From a virus: a stretch of 64,000 nucleotides of DNA. The stretch's first letter is position 1; each line of letters starts with the position of its first letter. Positions 39,036 to 49,648 of the stretch are shown here, piece after piece. The stretch is from positions 7,647 through 71,646 of the IMG/VR virus record IMGVR_UViG_3300024264_000024. The stretch is one strand, 5' to 3'. The notes beneath the pieces are model-generated. The model was not told the DNA's origin and did no database searches. It saw nothing but the letters and a program-made list of their open reading frames with translations. The position numbers and the translations under genes are program-made.

Positions 39036-41861
39036 TTATATTCCCACCTTACCTGTATAAAACGGTACTGCCCACTTAGCTATTTTTCCTATTTCTAATC
39101 CTTTTTTACCTTCTACTGTTTTTTGAGTATTATATTCACCTGTGTTTCCGGCTGCTCTGTTTTTTCTATACTCTTCTTGAGCTGCAGTGAGTTGTTCATT
39201 AGAAGTTACTGCTCCCGGATAAAGTTGTTCCATTAGTTTATCAGGCATAGGTTTACCTGTTTTAATTTCATAGTCAGCAACTCTATCATAATAAGCATTT
39301 AATGCATCTTGTTGATTAGTCTTAACAAGCTTTCTACCATCTGTTGTAAATTCAGCATCCCCATATACTTGTGGGTTTATATTATAATTATCATAAAGCT
39401 GATTAAGATTATATGTATTAGCTGCATTAGTTGCACCTGCATTAAACAACTCATTAGCTTTGATCTTTCTTTTATTAGCATTTTGCTCATAGTTTTCTAA
39501 TGCTAATTGAGTATTATCATATACTCCTTGATTCATTTGATTATTAAACATATCAACTTTAAGATCTAACTGTGGCTGTAAACTTGCAACTCTATTCATA
39601 GTGTTAACATTCTTTTGATTTACATCTGTCTGAGCTTTTATATTACCTGCCATTGTTTTACCAAAAAGATCACTTGCTAATAAAGCCTGTGGACCACCTG
39701 CTGCAGTTAAAGCATCTCCTGCAGTTTTTAATGCTGAATTATTAGCACCTACTTGAGATGCCCAATCATCTAATACATAATCAATTTTTTGACGTTCAAG
39801 AGGTACACCAAAAGGAGTTCTTAATGTATCATCTAAAGAAGCTAAAGTGATTAAATTATTTTCATCTTGTGCCCACCATCTTTTTGGTATTCCTTCTGGT
39901 GTTTCTAACTCTATCTTTTTCTCAACTTCAGGTTCATCAGGAAGATCCATTGAATACCTTTCTTCTTTTGTAAAATCTACATCAAGTCTAGGTGTATTAT
40001 ATGTATGTAAACCTAAAGCTCCATCATAACCTTCTCCTTGTACATATCCATCTGAGCCTTTTTCCTTAAAATATGGAACATAAGGTATACCCATTGTTTC
40101 TGCTTCTTCTTTTCTTTTAGCTTCAGATTTTCTTTGAAACTCTGTCCATTGCTTTTTATATTGTGGTGTACCCCTTTGAGCTTTATAATCAAAGCCATCT
40201 ATTGTTTCTGTAACATCTCCCCATCTATCTTGAAAATCAAGTTGACTTTCTTCTAGCTCAATATCAGCAGAACCAAAACTTGATGTCCCTGTCTTTTTTT
40301 GTTTTCTGTCTCTTGAACCTTCTGATAGACTTCCATATCTATATCTACCTATTCCACTTTCATTTACTACATCACCTTGACCTTCTATATCTTCAGAATA
40401 AATTGGTACACCTTTACCATCTGTTGGTGTTCCAGAACCTGAACCTCTAGCATTAGTATTCTTTTCCCACTTAGATGTTCCTGCTTTAAAAATATCTATC
40501 TTACCATCTTTCTCTGTTATAGTATAACCTTCATCATGATACTTTTGTAATTTTTTATAGTTATCACTACCTTCTGGATATGGATTTTTAAAATTATCGT
40601 TAGCAGTAGTTACTACAGTACCATCTGATTGCTCACCTGATACTCCAAGATCAAGTGGTGGTTTCATGCCTGGGTTGATTGACAAGTCTCCTTGTAATGG
40701 TACTGTATTGAATGGATCATAATTTTCAACAGTAGGTTGTAAAGCTTGTCCATACATTTGTTTTTCTTCTTCTGTTAGATCACTTATTTTATCATTTAAT
40801 GAACCATCCATATTTCTATGCATATTATTTCTAATTACATAGTCTATATATGTAGCTCTATCTACATCTTGACCATTAATAGTATATGTTGATGTGGTTC
40901 TTTCTGCATTACCTTTTTGTGCTTTTTCTAAAAAATCACCAAGTTCAGAACCAAATTTTGCAGTTTGCATCATGTCATTGTTGGCAACATTTAAATCCAT
41001 TTGATCTATTTGACCTTGTGGTGGATTGCCTTCCATAGCCATTTGCTCTTCAGGTCCAACATTACCTTGTTGATTACCCTGTTGAGATTGTGCAATCATC
41101 ATTTGTAAAAATTGCAATTGCTCTTGTTCAGCTGGAGATAATGCTTCTATAGCTTTTTGTCTAGCTTGTTCAACACTAATCTTTTCCATTTTTGCAGTAA
41201 ACTCTAATGGATCTATTCCTGCAGATATTAAATAAGGATGAGATGCTAATGGTACACCATCTTCAAAATCTTTTTTAGACTCTTGCATAAATGCTAATTT
41301 AGATAAATCTTCCATATTCTTTTTTAACATAAGTTCTGCACTACGTGATGAAATATTATCAGCATAGTCAGAATTTAATTCAGCATAAAATTCATTTAAA
41401 CCAAAAGTGTTTGATATTTTAGCTGGTGTTTTTTTATCACCTCCCATACCAAACTCACTCATTTCATCTTTAGTAAATTTTAATTTTGGTGTATCAGAAT
41501 AAATAAAAGATTGTTCAGGTAAAAACATAGGAACTCCACCTTGAGAATGTCTAGGACCCCTTATGTTATATAATCCAAAATCTCCATTGTCATTTAAATC
41601 TGTCAATACAGTTTCTCCACCTTCTGCTTCTATGTTAGCATTATCTCTTGGAACACTAGATAAACTATACCTAACACTTTCATCAGATGTATTATTAAAT
41701 GTTGTGTCACCAACATAATTTTGTGGAGTTGTTACCAAACCATAATCAGCTTGATCACCCGTTCTTAGATCACCACCGTATCTCATTAACTTATCTTCTA
41801 CAACTTTACCATCAACAAGTTTAAATCCTTTAGGTAGTTTATTTATTTTTATTTTTTTCAT
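39036..41861 (-). CDS. Putative virion cargo protein (EAEGGE...GPRHSQGG domain)
   Basis: 941 aa; NIEAEGGETVL...GPRHSQGGVPMFLPEQSFIYSD domain; MRYGG, AKFG and AQKG motifs. Confidence 0.65.
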   Translation of the reverse strand: MKKIKINKLPKGFKLVDGKVVEDKLMRYGGDLRTGDQADYGLVTTPQNYVGDTTFNNTSDESVRYSLSSVPRDNANIEAEGGETVLTDLNDNGDFGLYNIRGPRHSQGGVPMFLPEQSFIYSDTPKLKFTKDEMSEFGMGGDKKTPAKISNTFGLNEFYAELNSDYADNISSRSAELMLKKNMEDLSKLAFMQESKKDFEDGVPLASHPYLISAGIDPLEFTAKMEKISVEQARQKAIEALSPAEQEQLQFLQMMIAQSQQGNQQGNVGPEEQMAMEGNPPQGQIDQMDLNVANNDMMQTAKFGSELGDFLEKAQKGNAERTTSTYTINGQDVDRATYIDYVIRNNMHRNMDGSLNDKISDLTEEEKQMYGQALQPTVENYDPFNTVPLQGDLSINPGMKPPLDLGVSGEQSDGTVVTTANDNFKNPYPEGSDNYKKLQKYHDEGYTITEKDGKIDIFKAGTSKWEKNTNARGSGSGTPTDGKGVPIYSEDIEGQGDVVNESGIGRYRYGSLSEGSRDRKQKKTGTSSFGSADIELEESQLDFQDRWGDVTETIDGFDYKAQRGTPQYKKQWTEFQRKSEAKRKEEAETMGIPYVPYFKEKGSDGYVQGEGYDGALGLHTYNTPRLDVDFTKEERYSMDLPDEPEVEKKIELETPEGIPKRWWAQDENNLITLASLDDTLRTPFGVPLERQKIDYVLDDWASQVGANNSALKTAGDALTAAGGPQALLASDLFGKTMAGNIKAQTDVNQKNVNTMNRVASLQPQLDLKVDMFNNQMNQGVYDNTQLALENYEQNANKRKIKANELFNAGATNAANTYNLNQLYDNYNINPQVYGDAEFTTDGRKLVKTNQQDALNAYYDRVADYEIKTGKPMPDKLMEQLYPGAVTSNEQLTAAQEEYRKNRAAGNTGEYNTQKTVEGKKGLEIGKIAKWAVPFYTGKVGI

Positions 41862-41863
41862 AA

Positions 41864-44581
41864 TTATAACATTTCTATGTCTGCACCAGCTGCAATTAGT
41901 TTTGCTAACATTGTTGAATCAACACTCACTGTTTCTCCTCCTTGTTGATTTCTCCAAGTGGCCCCGTCAGATGTCATTCCTCTGCTTTTTCTATGTTCAT
42001 TATCAAACTTTAATTTTTCCCCTTCTTCTTTACTATTACCTCTAAACATTTCTAAAAATGGTAATCCAGTCATAGTCGCAAGTATTGCAGGATCAATCAT
42101 AGCAAAACTGTTCATATATTCATTAAATGCATTGGGTCCATTCTGTGGTATATCATCAGCTCCAAATCCTTTAAAGCTTACATAAGGATTGGCTTTATCA
42201 CTATTTCCAAAATATGTTTTAAGTTTTCTTAAAGCACCAGGTAATTGTTCAACACCTTCTTTAATGAGTCTTCCTAACCCTGCCTTTCCCGCTATTGGAC
42301 CACCTGTAGCCAGATAAGCTTCTGGACCTGTAGATCCACCATAAGCAAGATTGCTAAGTATGTTATGCTGAACAGATGCAGGTAATGCTTTAAATCCAGC
42401 ATTATTAGTACCACCACCCATCTTGGATGTTACTACTCCTTGATTTAAATATAAACCTGTTGTTCTATCTGCTTCAGAACCTTTAGGTCCACCTTGAATA
42501 TTATTAGTTCCTCTAGAATTAAATGGATCTGTTTCAATTGCAAATAATTCATCAGCTACAATTCTACTTCTTTTATCTTTATCCTGGTTTAAAGCATTCT
42601 TTCTGTTTTTCAAAGGATTAAATATGTTTGCAGTAAGATCTATAATACCACCACTTACACCTTCAAAGCCTTTCATAAGACTGCTATCGTATGCTCTTTT
42701 AGCAAATCCACCTACTCCTCCAAAGTCTACATCTACTGTAGGTTTCACAACCTTATCATATGCAGATTGAAAGTCACCTGCTACACCAGTGCCATCACCC
42801 ATATCAATATCTATTCCCATATCAGGAATACCATCACCATCCTTATCCCATTCTGTTGGACTAATAATACCAGCAGGTTCAGGTAAAGGAACTGTGCTAG
42901 CTTCTGGTATTTGCTCTTCACTACCTATGCTTTCAACATAAGCTTGATACTCTTGTGGAGCGTTAGCACCACCTCTTCCAACAGAGTCTTGCATCACCCA
43001 CTCTTGGAAACTTAGTGTTTCAGTAGCATCTTCTGCAGGTTCTTCCATTGGGTTTGCAAAAGGTGCACCACTATCTGGAACACTAAATTGTGCTTTAGCC
43101 AATGAACCACCAAGTTGAAAACCTAATTTTTTTCTTAATGCCTCATATGTTGCTTTTGCTGTATCACCTAATAGATCTGTATTTTTTTCTATAAAATCTT
43201 TGTATTCTTCTTCTGTACCTTGAGGAATCTCAATCTTAGGTATATTGTTGTCTTCTAACCCTGCATTAACTAGATTACCTACTGCATCATACTGATCATC
43301 TGCTGTTGGGTTTTCAAAAATAAATTTTTTGTATGCAACCTGAGCATTGTTTAAATTCTCTTCAGTAACTACATCATCTAGATTTATATTGTAATTTGCA
43401 TTTGCATATTTATCAATTTTTGCATTTATTGCTTTTGGTTTTAAGTCTCTTAAATAACCATCTTTAGTTCCATCACCATCAAGGTCTTTACTACTAAAGG
43501 CATTGTTACCTACTCTTAAAACAGAATTAAAAGCATTCCCTAAAGAAAAACCATCTTTCTCATATAGGTTAGGAGAAACATATAATGGTCCTTGAGATAT
43601 AGTATTATTTACTTTTTTTATAGTGTTGTCTCCCTGTGTATTTTGTTCACCAAGAGTAGTGTTCATATTATTCATAAACTGAGTCATGAAATCAACTTCA
43701 TCTGTGTCCTGCCCTGCTTCACCTGCTGCTACTGCTGCCGCTGCTGCTTCCTTCTTTTGTAACTCAAGTCCATCATTTGCTTGAGGCATCATTGCAAACG
43801 GAAGTGCATTAGATGATGTAGCTGCACCAACTGGATATATCATATCTCCACCTTTTCTTGCTTTTTTACGTTCATCAGCATGAACATAACCATCTTCTTT
43901 TAATCTTAAATGATCTTCAATAGTATTTGCTTTTACAGCTTGTTGACCCTTGTACATCATATGAGCAGTAAATGCTTCTCCACCTTCTTCCTTTTTCCAT
44001 CCTGCAGCATTCTTTGCAAAATTAGCCATCTTAACTACAGATGGAGGGTAAGCCTTACTATTAGACATAACCTTGTTATATGCTTCCTTAACAGTCATAC
44101 CACGTGCTTTAGCCCATCTAGTAAACTTACCCTCATTTTTAGGATTTATTTCTATACCAGACTTAGCAATCATGGTCTCAGATATTTCTGTATCAATTGA
44201 TTCAGTTTCAACAGGTCCTTGTTGACGTTGCTCTATCTGTTGATTACGTGCTAATTGTTGAGGATTTTGATTTACTTCATTTGCACCAGCTTGTTTTTGT
44301 TGTGCTAATACTTGAACCTGCTCAAATAAAGTAACAACATCTTCTTGCTGATACCCAACCATCATAAATGCTTGACCAATAATTTGTTGATCAACTTCTT
44401 GTTGTACTAAACTCATTACTAGTTCTTCAGGTTTTGCACCATCTTCTAGTGATTGTTTAATAAACTCACTAATTTGTTGAACAGCAGGATCAACCTCTGG
44501 TTGCTGTAGCATACCAGGTTGTTCAGGAATCATTGCTCCTCCATCTTGTTTTACACTTTTTTTGTTTACTTTCAAACTCAT
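41864..44581 (-). CDS. Modular putative virion cargo protein with about ten xxxGG/AxxG motifs
   Basis: 905 aa of short modules separated by KQDGG, AKSG, KEEGG, ARKGG, FQLGG, SKMGG, LAYGG, LATGG and NQQGG. Confidence 0.65.
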   Translation of the reverse strand: MSLKVNKKSVKQDGGAMIPEQPGMLQQPEVDPAVQQISEFIKQSLEDGAKPEELVMSLVQQEVDQQIIGQAFMMVGYQQEDVVTLFEQVQVLAQQKQAGANEVNQNPQQLARNQQIEQRQQGPVETESIDTEISETMIAKSGIEINPKNEGKFTRWAKARGMTVKEAYNKVMSNSKAYPPSVVKMANFAKNAAGWKKEEGGEAFTAHMMYKGQQAVKANTIEDHLRLKEDGYVHADERKKARKGGDMIYPVGAATSSNALPFAMMPQANDGLELQKKEAAAAAVAAGEAGQDTDEVDFMTQFMNNMNTTLGEQNTQGDNTIKKVNNTISQGPLYVSPNLYEKDGFSLGNAFNSVLRVGNNAFSSKDLDGDGTKDGYLRDLKPKAINAKIDKYANANYNINLDDVVTEENLNNAQVAYKKFIFENPTADDQYDAVGNLVNAGLEDNNIPKIEIPQGTEEEYKDFIEKNTDLLGDTAKATYEALRKKLGFQLGGSLAKAQFSVPDSGAPFANPMEEPAEDATETLSFQEWVMQDSVGRGGANAPQEYQAYVESIGSEEQIPEASTVPLPEPAGIISPTEWDKDGDGIPDMGIDIDMGDGTGVAGDFQSAYDKVVKPTVDVDFGGVGGFAKRAYDSSLMKGFEGVSGGIIDLTANIFNPLKNRKNALNQDKDKRSRIVADELFAIETDPFNSRGTNNIQGGPKGSEADRTTGLYLNQGVVTSKMGGGTNNAGFKALPASVQHNILSNLAYGGSTGPEAYLATGGPIAGKAGLGRLIKEGVEQLPGALRKLKTYFGNSDKANPYVSFKGFGADDIPQNGPNAFNEYMNSFAMIDPAILATMTGLPFLEMFRGNSKEEGEKLKFDNEHRKSRGMTSDGATWRNQQGGETVSVDSTMLAKLIAAGADIEML

Positions 44582-44593
44582 AATATTATATTA

Positions 44594-44605
44594 TTAATAT
44601 ACAAA
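44594..44605 (-). promoter_or_regulatory. Candidate late promoter (TTTGTATATTAA)
   Basis: 12 nt upstream of the ATG at 44581. Confidence 0.5.
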
Positions 44606-44635
44606 TAATTAGGGAGATTCACTAATCTTTAGGGT

Positions 44636-47600
44636 TTAAGAATTGGGAATTATATAAGTCATAACATAATTAGAAGGTGTCATTCCTTGTTCTCTTGCTT
44701 TACTTAAATACTTTCTGTTTAACTTATCATATATGTTTTCTCCTTTAGAATCCATTTTAGTTCCTTCATATCTACCATCCATATAGTTTTTATAAATTAG
44801 TTTTTCTTCTATTTCTCCTCCTGCTTTCATTATATCTAATTGTTCTATATCTAAGTATTTAGAATTTTGTTCTACCCTTTTAGCATAATTACTTCTATTA
44901 TTCCATTTAGAAGGTAAGTACTTCATTGGATTCTTTTTTTGAGAAGGTGTTAATTGTTCATTATATCTAATACCTAATACTACAGCTGTAGCTATTGCAG
45001 ACTTTTCAGGATCTAACATATCTGAATTGTTTGTAATATTAAACTTCTTTAAAGCAGCTTTCTCAGTATCATTTAAAAATGAAAATCTTATTTGTGTATA
45101 TCCTACACTATTAGAATCACTATCAGCACCATATGTAGAATATTTAGATTGTACATCAGGACTTGATGATTGTTTTGGATTAAAATATTTATTAACAGCT
45201 CTACTAAAATTACCTGTTGCAGAATGAGTATCTCCATAATTTGATTCAGTACCGTATATTCCAAAAGCAATTTTTGCTATTTGATTATATATATCACTAG
45301 GTATTTGAGAAGTTTGCATAATCTTTTTCTTATTATCCATTAATGCATTTATAAATGGAATAGTTGTTTTATACAATTCATCTTCATCATTAAAATCAAG
45401 TGCAGTAAATATATCTTCTTTAAATTTTTCTACATCAAACTGTGCACGTATAGGTTTATAGTTTAATGTATTAATAGTATAGTTACCTCCTTGACCTTTA
45501 TATGTTTGACCATTTCTTTCATAGCTTTGGTAACTTTCTCTATTTTCTCTATTCATTCTTAATACAGCCTGACCATCAACCATTTCAAAAGCATTACCCT
45601 CATCATCAGGTAAAATATACACGTTTGTATTATTTGGTAAACCCATATCATATAAACCTTGCAGATCACTACATTTACCGTTTATACAACCATTAGAACT
45701 TCTGTTATCTGTTATATCATTATTATCAAAATACTTTTGTCTATAAGAAGGTGCTCCGTGAATTGCTGTACTAACTTCTATACCTGCTTCATTTATTAAA
45801 TTAAAACTTGGAGCATTCATATATTTTTTACTACTTGTTGGACTAGAATTACTAATTTTAAATTTACCTGCTCCTGTAGATAAATTACCTTTGCTCCAAT
45901 CTACTTGATATATACCATTTATCTTATCCTCCTCAGTAATTTTACCATCTCTATTTTTATCAATGGGTTGCGTAACAGTTTGTTGATCTCCTTCATTCTT
46001 TCCTGTCAACACTTCAAAATCAGTAATAACCTCATCACCATGGTAAAGTTTTAACCTTCCATTCTTTTTATCTATAACAACATATCTTTCATTAGGACTA
46101 TTTAATAATTGAGATTTAACAATTACTTGTTCATCAGCTAATGAATTAATGTCTTCATTGTTTTTCTTTAATACATCTGTACTTATCCATGATTCTTCAG
46201 CTAAAGGTACTTCTTCTCTGTAGTCTTCAGGTAATAAAATATCTTGATTAACACGTATCATGTTTGGATCAGATATGTTATTTATTTTAGCTAGCTTTTG
46301 ATATGACGTATTATGTCTTGAAGCAATCTTTCCTAACGTATCTCCTGGCTTAACTGTATAGCTAGAACGTGTATTGCCAAGTGATACACCTTGTGGCATT
46401 AATAACTCTTGATCAATACTAATCATACTTGGATTAGGTATATCATTTATACTTACTATTTCATCTACAGAAGTATTATAGTTTCTTGCTATTCTACTTA
46501 AGTTATCTCCTTTTTTTACTTTATAAATATTTTCACCACCATCTTGATAAAACTCATTAGTAATTTTCAAATAGTCTTTAGGAGTTTTATTTGGTTGCTT
46601 AACATTTTCTCCAAACAATTTTGGAAAGACCTCACCTAATGGCATACCATCTCTTATAACGTTTCCAAAGTATTTTCTAGTACCACCTCTACCTAAATAA
46701 TTAGATAATGCTGCTACATCTTCATATGAAAAATTCCAGTCATCACCTAGCTGATCTTTGTATTCAGCAGTTAATTCAAATGCATCTCTTAATAATGGAG
46801 TTGTTTCATTAGACTCTATTCCTTCATTTAAACGCATTCTAAAAAATCTGTCTTGTGCTTCTAAATCTTCTGAAAATTCTTCTCTTGTTCCTTTATATAA
46901 TTCTTCAATTTCAGAAAATCTTTGACCATAGTTTCCTGTTGCTGTAGAATATGGGTTCATCATTAATGTACCATCAGCACTTTCAACTCTTCTAAGACCT
47001 TTCATTAATCCTTCCACATTAATATTTAAATCTTTCCAAGAAGTAGGAGTAGAACCTTTATCAGTTCCAGGACCTTTTTGTTGTTGACTTAATCCATACC
47101 CCCCTATTGTTAATGGTACTGCTGCTCTATAAATATTTTTGTCCATTAAATTAAAATTACCATCGTTACCAAATAATGATTTAGCATATTTACCTTTTTT
47201 GTTATTATGAATAAGAACATCTCCTACACCAAAATCATATACATTTTTTATTGTAGCTCTATCTCCTCCTACTTGTTCAAGTAATGATGCCACATCATCT
47301 GTTGCAAATGTTTCTTTATATAAAGCATTAGGGTCATACATAACTGAGTTGCCTCCAGTTGGTCTAGCTCTTTTTGATGCTGCTTGTAATTCAGGAGACA
47401 TCATATCCCAAACATAAGGCTCATTAAGATTTGTCCAATCTCTACGTCCTGCATCAAATTGAATATGCTTAGCATCATCTACATTAGGTATAGCCAACTT
47501 GTATATACCACCTTCATCACCAAATTTAAGAGCACTTTTTTTATTACCACCAGCAGCTATAATATCATCTAATGTTTTTTGAGTAGATGTAAAATATGGA

Positions 47601-49648
47601 AAAGAACCACTCTTAAGAGCAAAATTACCATATTCACTTGCTAAGTCTAAATTTCCAGTAAACAAACCAGAACCTACCTTTGGTCTAACAACATCATTAT
47701 TGTATATACTAGAAAATTCTCCTCTCATACCGTCAGGTATATGTTGATCAGCTCCTCTATAAGTTACATCCATGCCATCAGGATATGCCTTTTTAAAGTT
47801 CTTACTATTTGTTTGAACAAACTGTTCTGCTGTACCTAAGCTTCCATCTGGTAATGTAAATGCAGATCCATCAGCGTTCTTCATCCATGATCCATCTGCT
47901 TTAGCAAGTTTCTCAATTTCTGTATATTCATCTACTAAACCTTTATTACTTGGAATGTCTTTATTCCATTTACCCCAATTTATTTCTGACTTAAAATTAT
48001 CAACATTCTTTAGTATATCATCTGTGCTTTTTGCTCCTTTAGAAGTTATGGTTTTTATTACTTTAGGTATTACCTTTTTACCTCCCTTTGCTAACATATT
48101 TTTAAGTACACCAACGCCTAAATAAGAAGTAGGATCTGTAAGCAAATCAACTCCAAGCCCTCCCCAAAAATTATCTATACCTAAAGTTTGTGATACTGTT
48201 TTTTGTTTTGCATCATCATCTAGTATAGTGGTATTATATAGATCAGGGAGAATATTACCCCAATTAAATTCACCATCTCCTTGGTCACTTAACCCTTCAA
48301 TACTTTCTCTAACTAAATTAGCAGGTATACCTAAAACTTGTAGTGCATTATCAGCAACAAGTAAAGGATTAAAAGTATTATTCAAAGTATTTAAAAACCA
48401 ATTCTTTTTCTTTTTACCAATAACCTCTACTTCAGGTAAATTTACAGTTTGGATATTGTCATCTTCTGTTGTTTCTCCTGCCTCTTGCATAACACGTCCA
48501 CCCATTCTTTTCATCTTCTCTAAGTTAGAGATAATGGTTTTATCTAGAGGGATTATTTGATATGCATCTCTTATGTCTGCACCTTTGTAGTCTTGTGTTA
48601 TAATAGCATCAAATCCATCATCAATAAGTTTCTGTACATCTTCTACTGAATAAGTTCTTGGTTGTTGTTCTATAAATGGGTTTTTAGGATTTATTTTTGC
48701 TCCCCATTTTTCTGCACCATAGTCATTAAATGCATAATTGTTTGGTGTAAAGAAACTTAAGTTTTGAGGAGCTTTCCAATTTGCATATTCTCTTGGATTT
48801 ACAAAATCAAGAGGCTCCATTATAGTTTCCGGATTGCTTGTATTTCTATAAAATATGTAATCTTCTGCAGGAGGTCTATTTAGTTGTTTAGGTGTATCAG
48901 AAAAAAATGACATTGCATTTGGAGTTTCTTCAACAACTTCTTCAACAACTTCATCTCCTTGTTTAGAGAATAGGTTTTTTATATAACTAGCTGCATCATC
49001 CATATATGGTGCTGCTTTTTTTGCTATGTTTTTAATTATACCTCTTTGTGCTTTAGGTAATGAACCTCCGTATTCAGCTTTTGGTTTCCAAGAACCTTCA
49101 CCAAACTTTATTGCACTTTCTCTATCAGTACCAAAGTCTATAACCTCACCTCTTCTTTTAGCTTCTTCATATACAGGCTTCCAATTTTTCTTTGCTTGTT
49201 CAGACATGTCAAGCCATGTGCCATCTTCATTTTGAAATAATGTAGGAAAAGAAAACCAGTTTTTTTTATCAAAAGTTTCCGTCTTCATTATGTGACTTGA
49301 CTCACCAATTACATTACCTTGTTCATCATAGTTTAGTCTAACACCATCTCTTTTTGGAAGTGGGCTATCTGATAGACCATATTGAGCCATAGGTATTTCC
49401 ATTACCATATCACCTGGAAATTGGTATTCATTCTCAGGGAACATCATTTGTGAATTGCCTAAGTTATCTGCACCCAATATAGGAAAGTCAACATTCTTCA
49501 TGCTTATATCCCCTGACGGAATCAGATTAACCGGATTGGTTTTATCTGGGCTATCATTTCTATATCCATCTACAGATATATATTGTGTTATATCTTGTAG
49601 GAATTCATTTGGTCCTCCTGGTAGTCCTATGCTTTTTTTATGTCCCAT
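44636..49648 (-). CDS. Polyvalent virion protein: ART-like x2, lysozyme-like, LysM x2, L,D-transpeptidase-like, lysozyme-like
   Basis: Two clear LysM repeats (YKVKKGDNLSRIA..., YTVKPGDTLGKIA...); YkuD motif AIHG...SNGCIN; RVES...STATGNYG and TESNYG...SVGYTQ lysozyme-like motifs; YR...FF/LF ART-like segments. Confidence 0.75.
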   Translation of the reverse strand: MGHKKSIGLPGGPNEFLQDITQYISVDGYRNDSPDKTNPVNLIPSGDISMKNVDFPILGADNLGNSQMMFPENEYQFPGDMVMEIPMAQYGLSDSPLPKRDGVRLNYDEQGNVIGESSHIMKTETFDKKNWFSFPTLFQNEDGTWLDMSEQAKKNWKPVYEEAKRRGEVIDFGTDRESAIKFGEGSWKPKAEYGGSLPKAQRGIIKNIAKKAAPYMDDAASYIKNLFSKQGDEVVEEVVEETPNAMSFFSDTPKQLNRPPAEDYIFYRNTSNPETIMEPLDFVNPREYANWKAPQNLSFFTPNNYAFNDYGAEKWGAKINPKNPFIEQQPRTYSVEDVQKLIDDGFDAIITQDYKGADIRDAYQIIPLDKTIISNLEKMKRMGGRVMQEAGETTEDDNIQTVNLPEVEVIGKKKKNWFLNTLNNTFNPLLVADNALQVLGIPANLVRESIEGLSDQGDGEFNWGNILPDLYNTTILDDDAKQKTVSQTLGIDNFWGGLGVDLLTDPTSYLGVGVLKNMLAKGGKKVIPKVIKTITSKGAKSTDDILKNVDNFKSEINWGKWNKDIPSNKGLVDEYTEIEKLAKADGSWMKNADGSAFTLPDGSLGTAEQFVQTNSKNFKKAYPDGMDVTYRGADQHIPDGMRGEFSSIYNNDVVRPKVGSGLFTGNLDLASEYGNFALKSGSFPYFTSTQKTLDDIIAAGGNKKSALKFGDEGGIYKLAIPNVDDAKHIQFDAGRRDWTNLNEPYVWDMMSPELQAASKRARPTGGNSVMYDPNALYKETFATDDVASLLEQVGGDRATIKNVYDFGVGDVLIHNNKKGKYAKSLFGNDGNFNLMDKNIYRAAVPLTIGGYGLSQQQKGPGTDKGSTPTSWKDLNINVEGLMKGLRRVESADGTLMMNPYSTATGNYGQRFSEIEELYKGTREEFSEDLEAQDRFFRMRLNEGIESNETTPLLRDAFELTAEYKDQLGDDWNFSYEDVAALSNYLGRGGTRKYFGNVIRDGMPLGEVFPKLFGENVKQPNKTPKDYLKITNEFYQDGGENIYKVKKGDNLSRIARNYNTSVDEIVSINDIPNPSMISIDQELLMPQGVSLGNTRSSYTVKPGDTLGKIASRHNTSYQKLAKINNISDPNMIRVNQDILLPEDYREEVPLAEESWISTDVLKKNNEDINSLADEQVIVKSQLLNSPNERYVVIDKKNGRLKLYHGDEVITDFEVLTGKNEGDQQTVTQPIDKNRDGKITEEDKINGIYQVDWSKGNLSTGAGKFKISNSSPTSSKKYMNAPSFNLINEAGIEVSTAIHGAPSYRQKYFDNNDITDNRSSNGCINGKCSDLQGLYDMGLPNNTNVYILPDDEGNAFEMVDGQAVLRMNRENRESYQSYERNGQTYKGQGGNYTINTLNYKPIRAQFDVEKFKEDIFTALDFNDEDELYKTTIPFINALMDNKKKIMQTSQIPSDIYNQIAKIAFGIYGTESNYGDTHSATGNFSRAVNKYFNPKQSSSPDVQSKYSTYGADSDSNSVGYTQIRFSFLNDTEKAALKKFNITNNSDMLDPEKSAIATAVVLGIRYNEQLTPSQKKNPMKYLPSKWNNRSNYAKRVEQNSKYLDIEQLDIMKAGGEIEEKLIYKNYMDGRYEGTKMDSKGENIYDKLNRKYLSKAREQGMTPSNYVMTYIIPNS

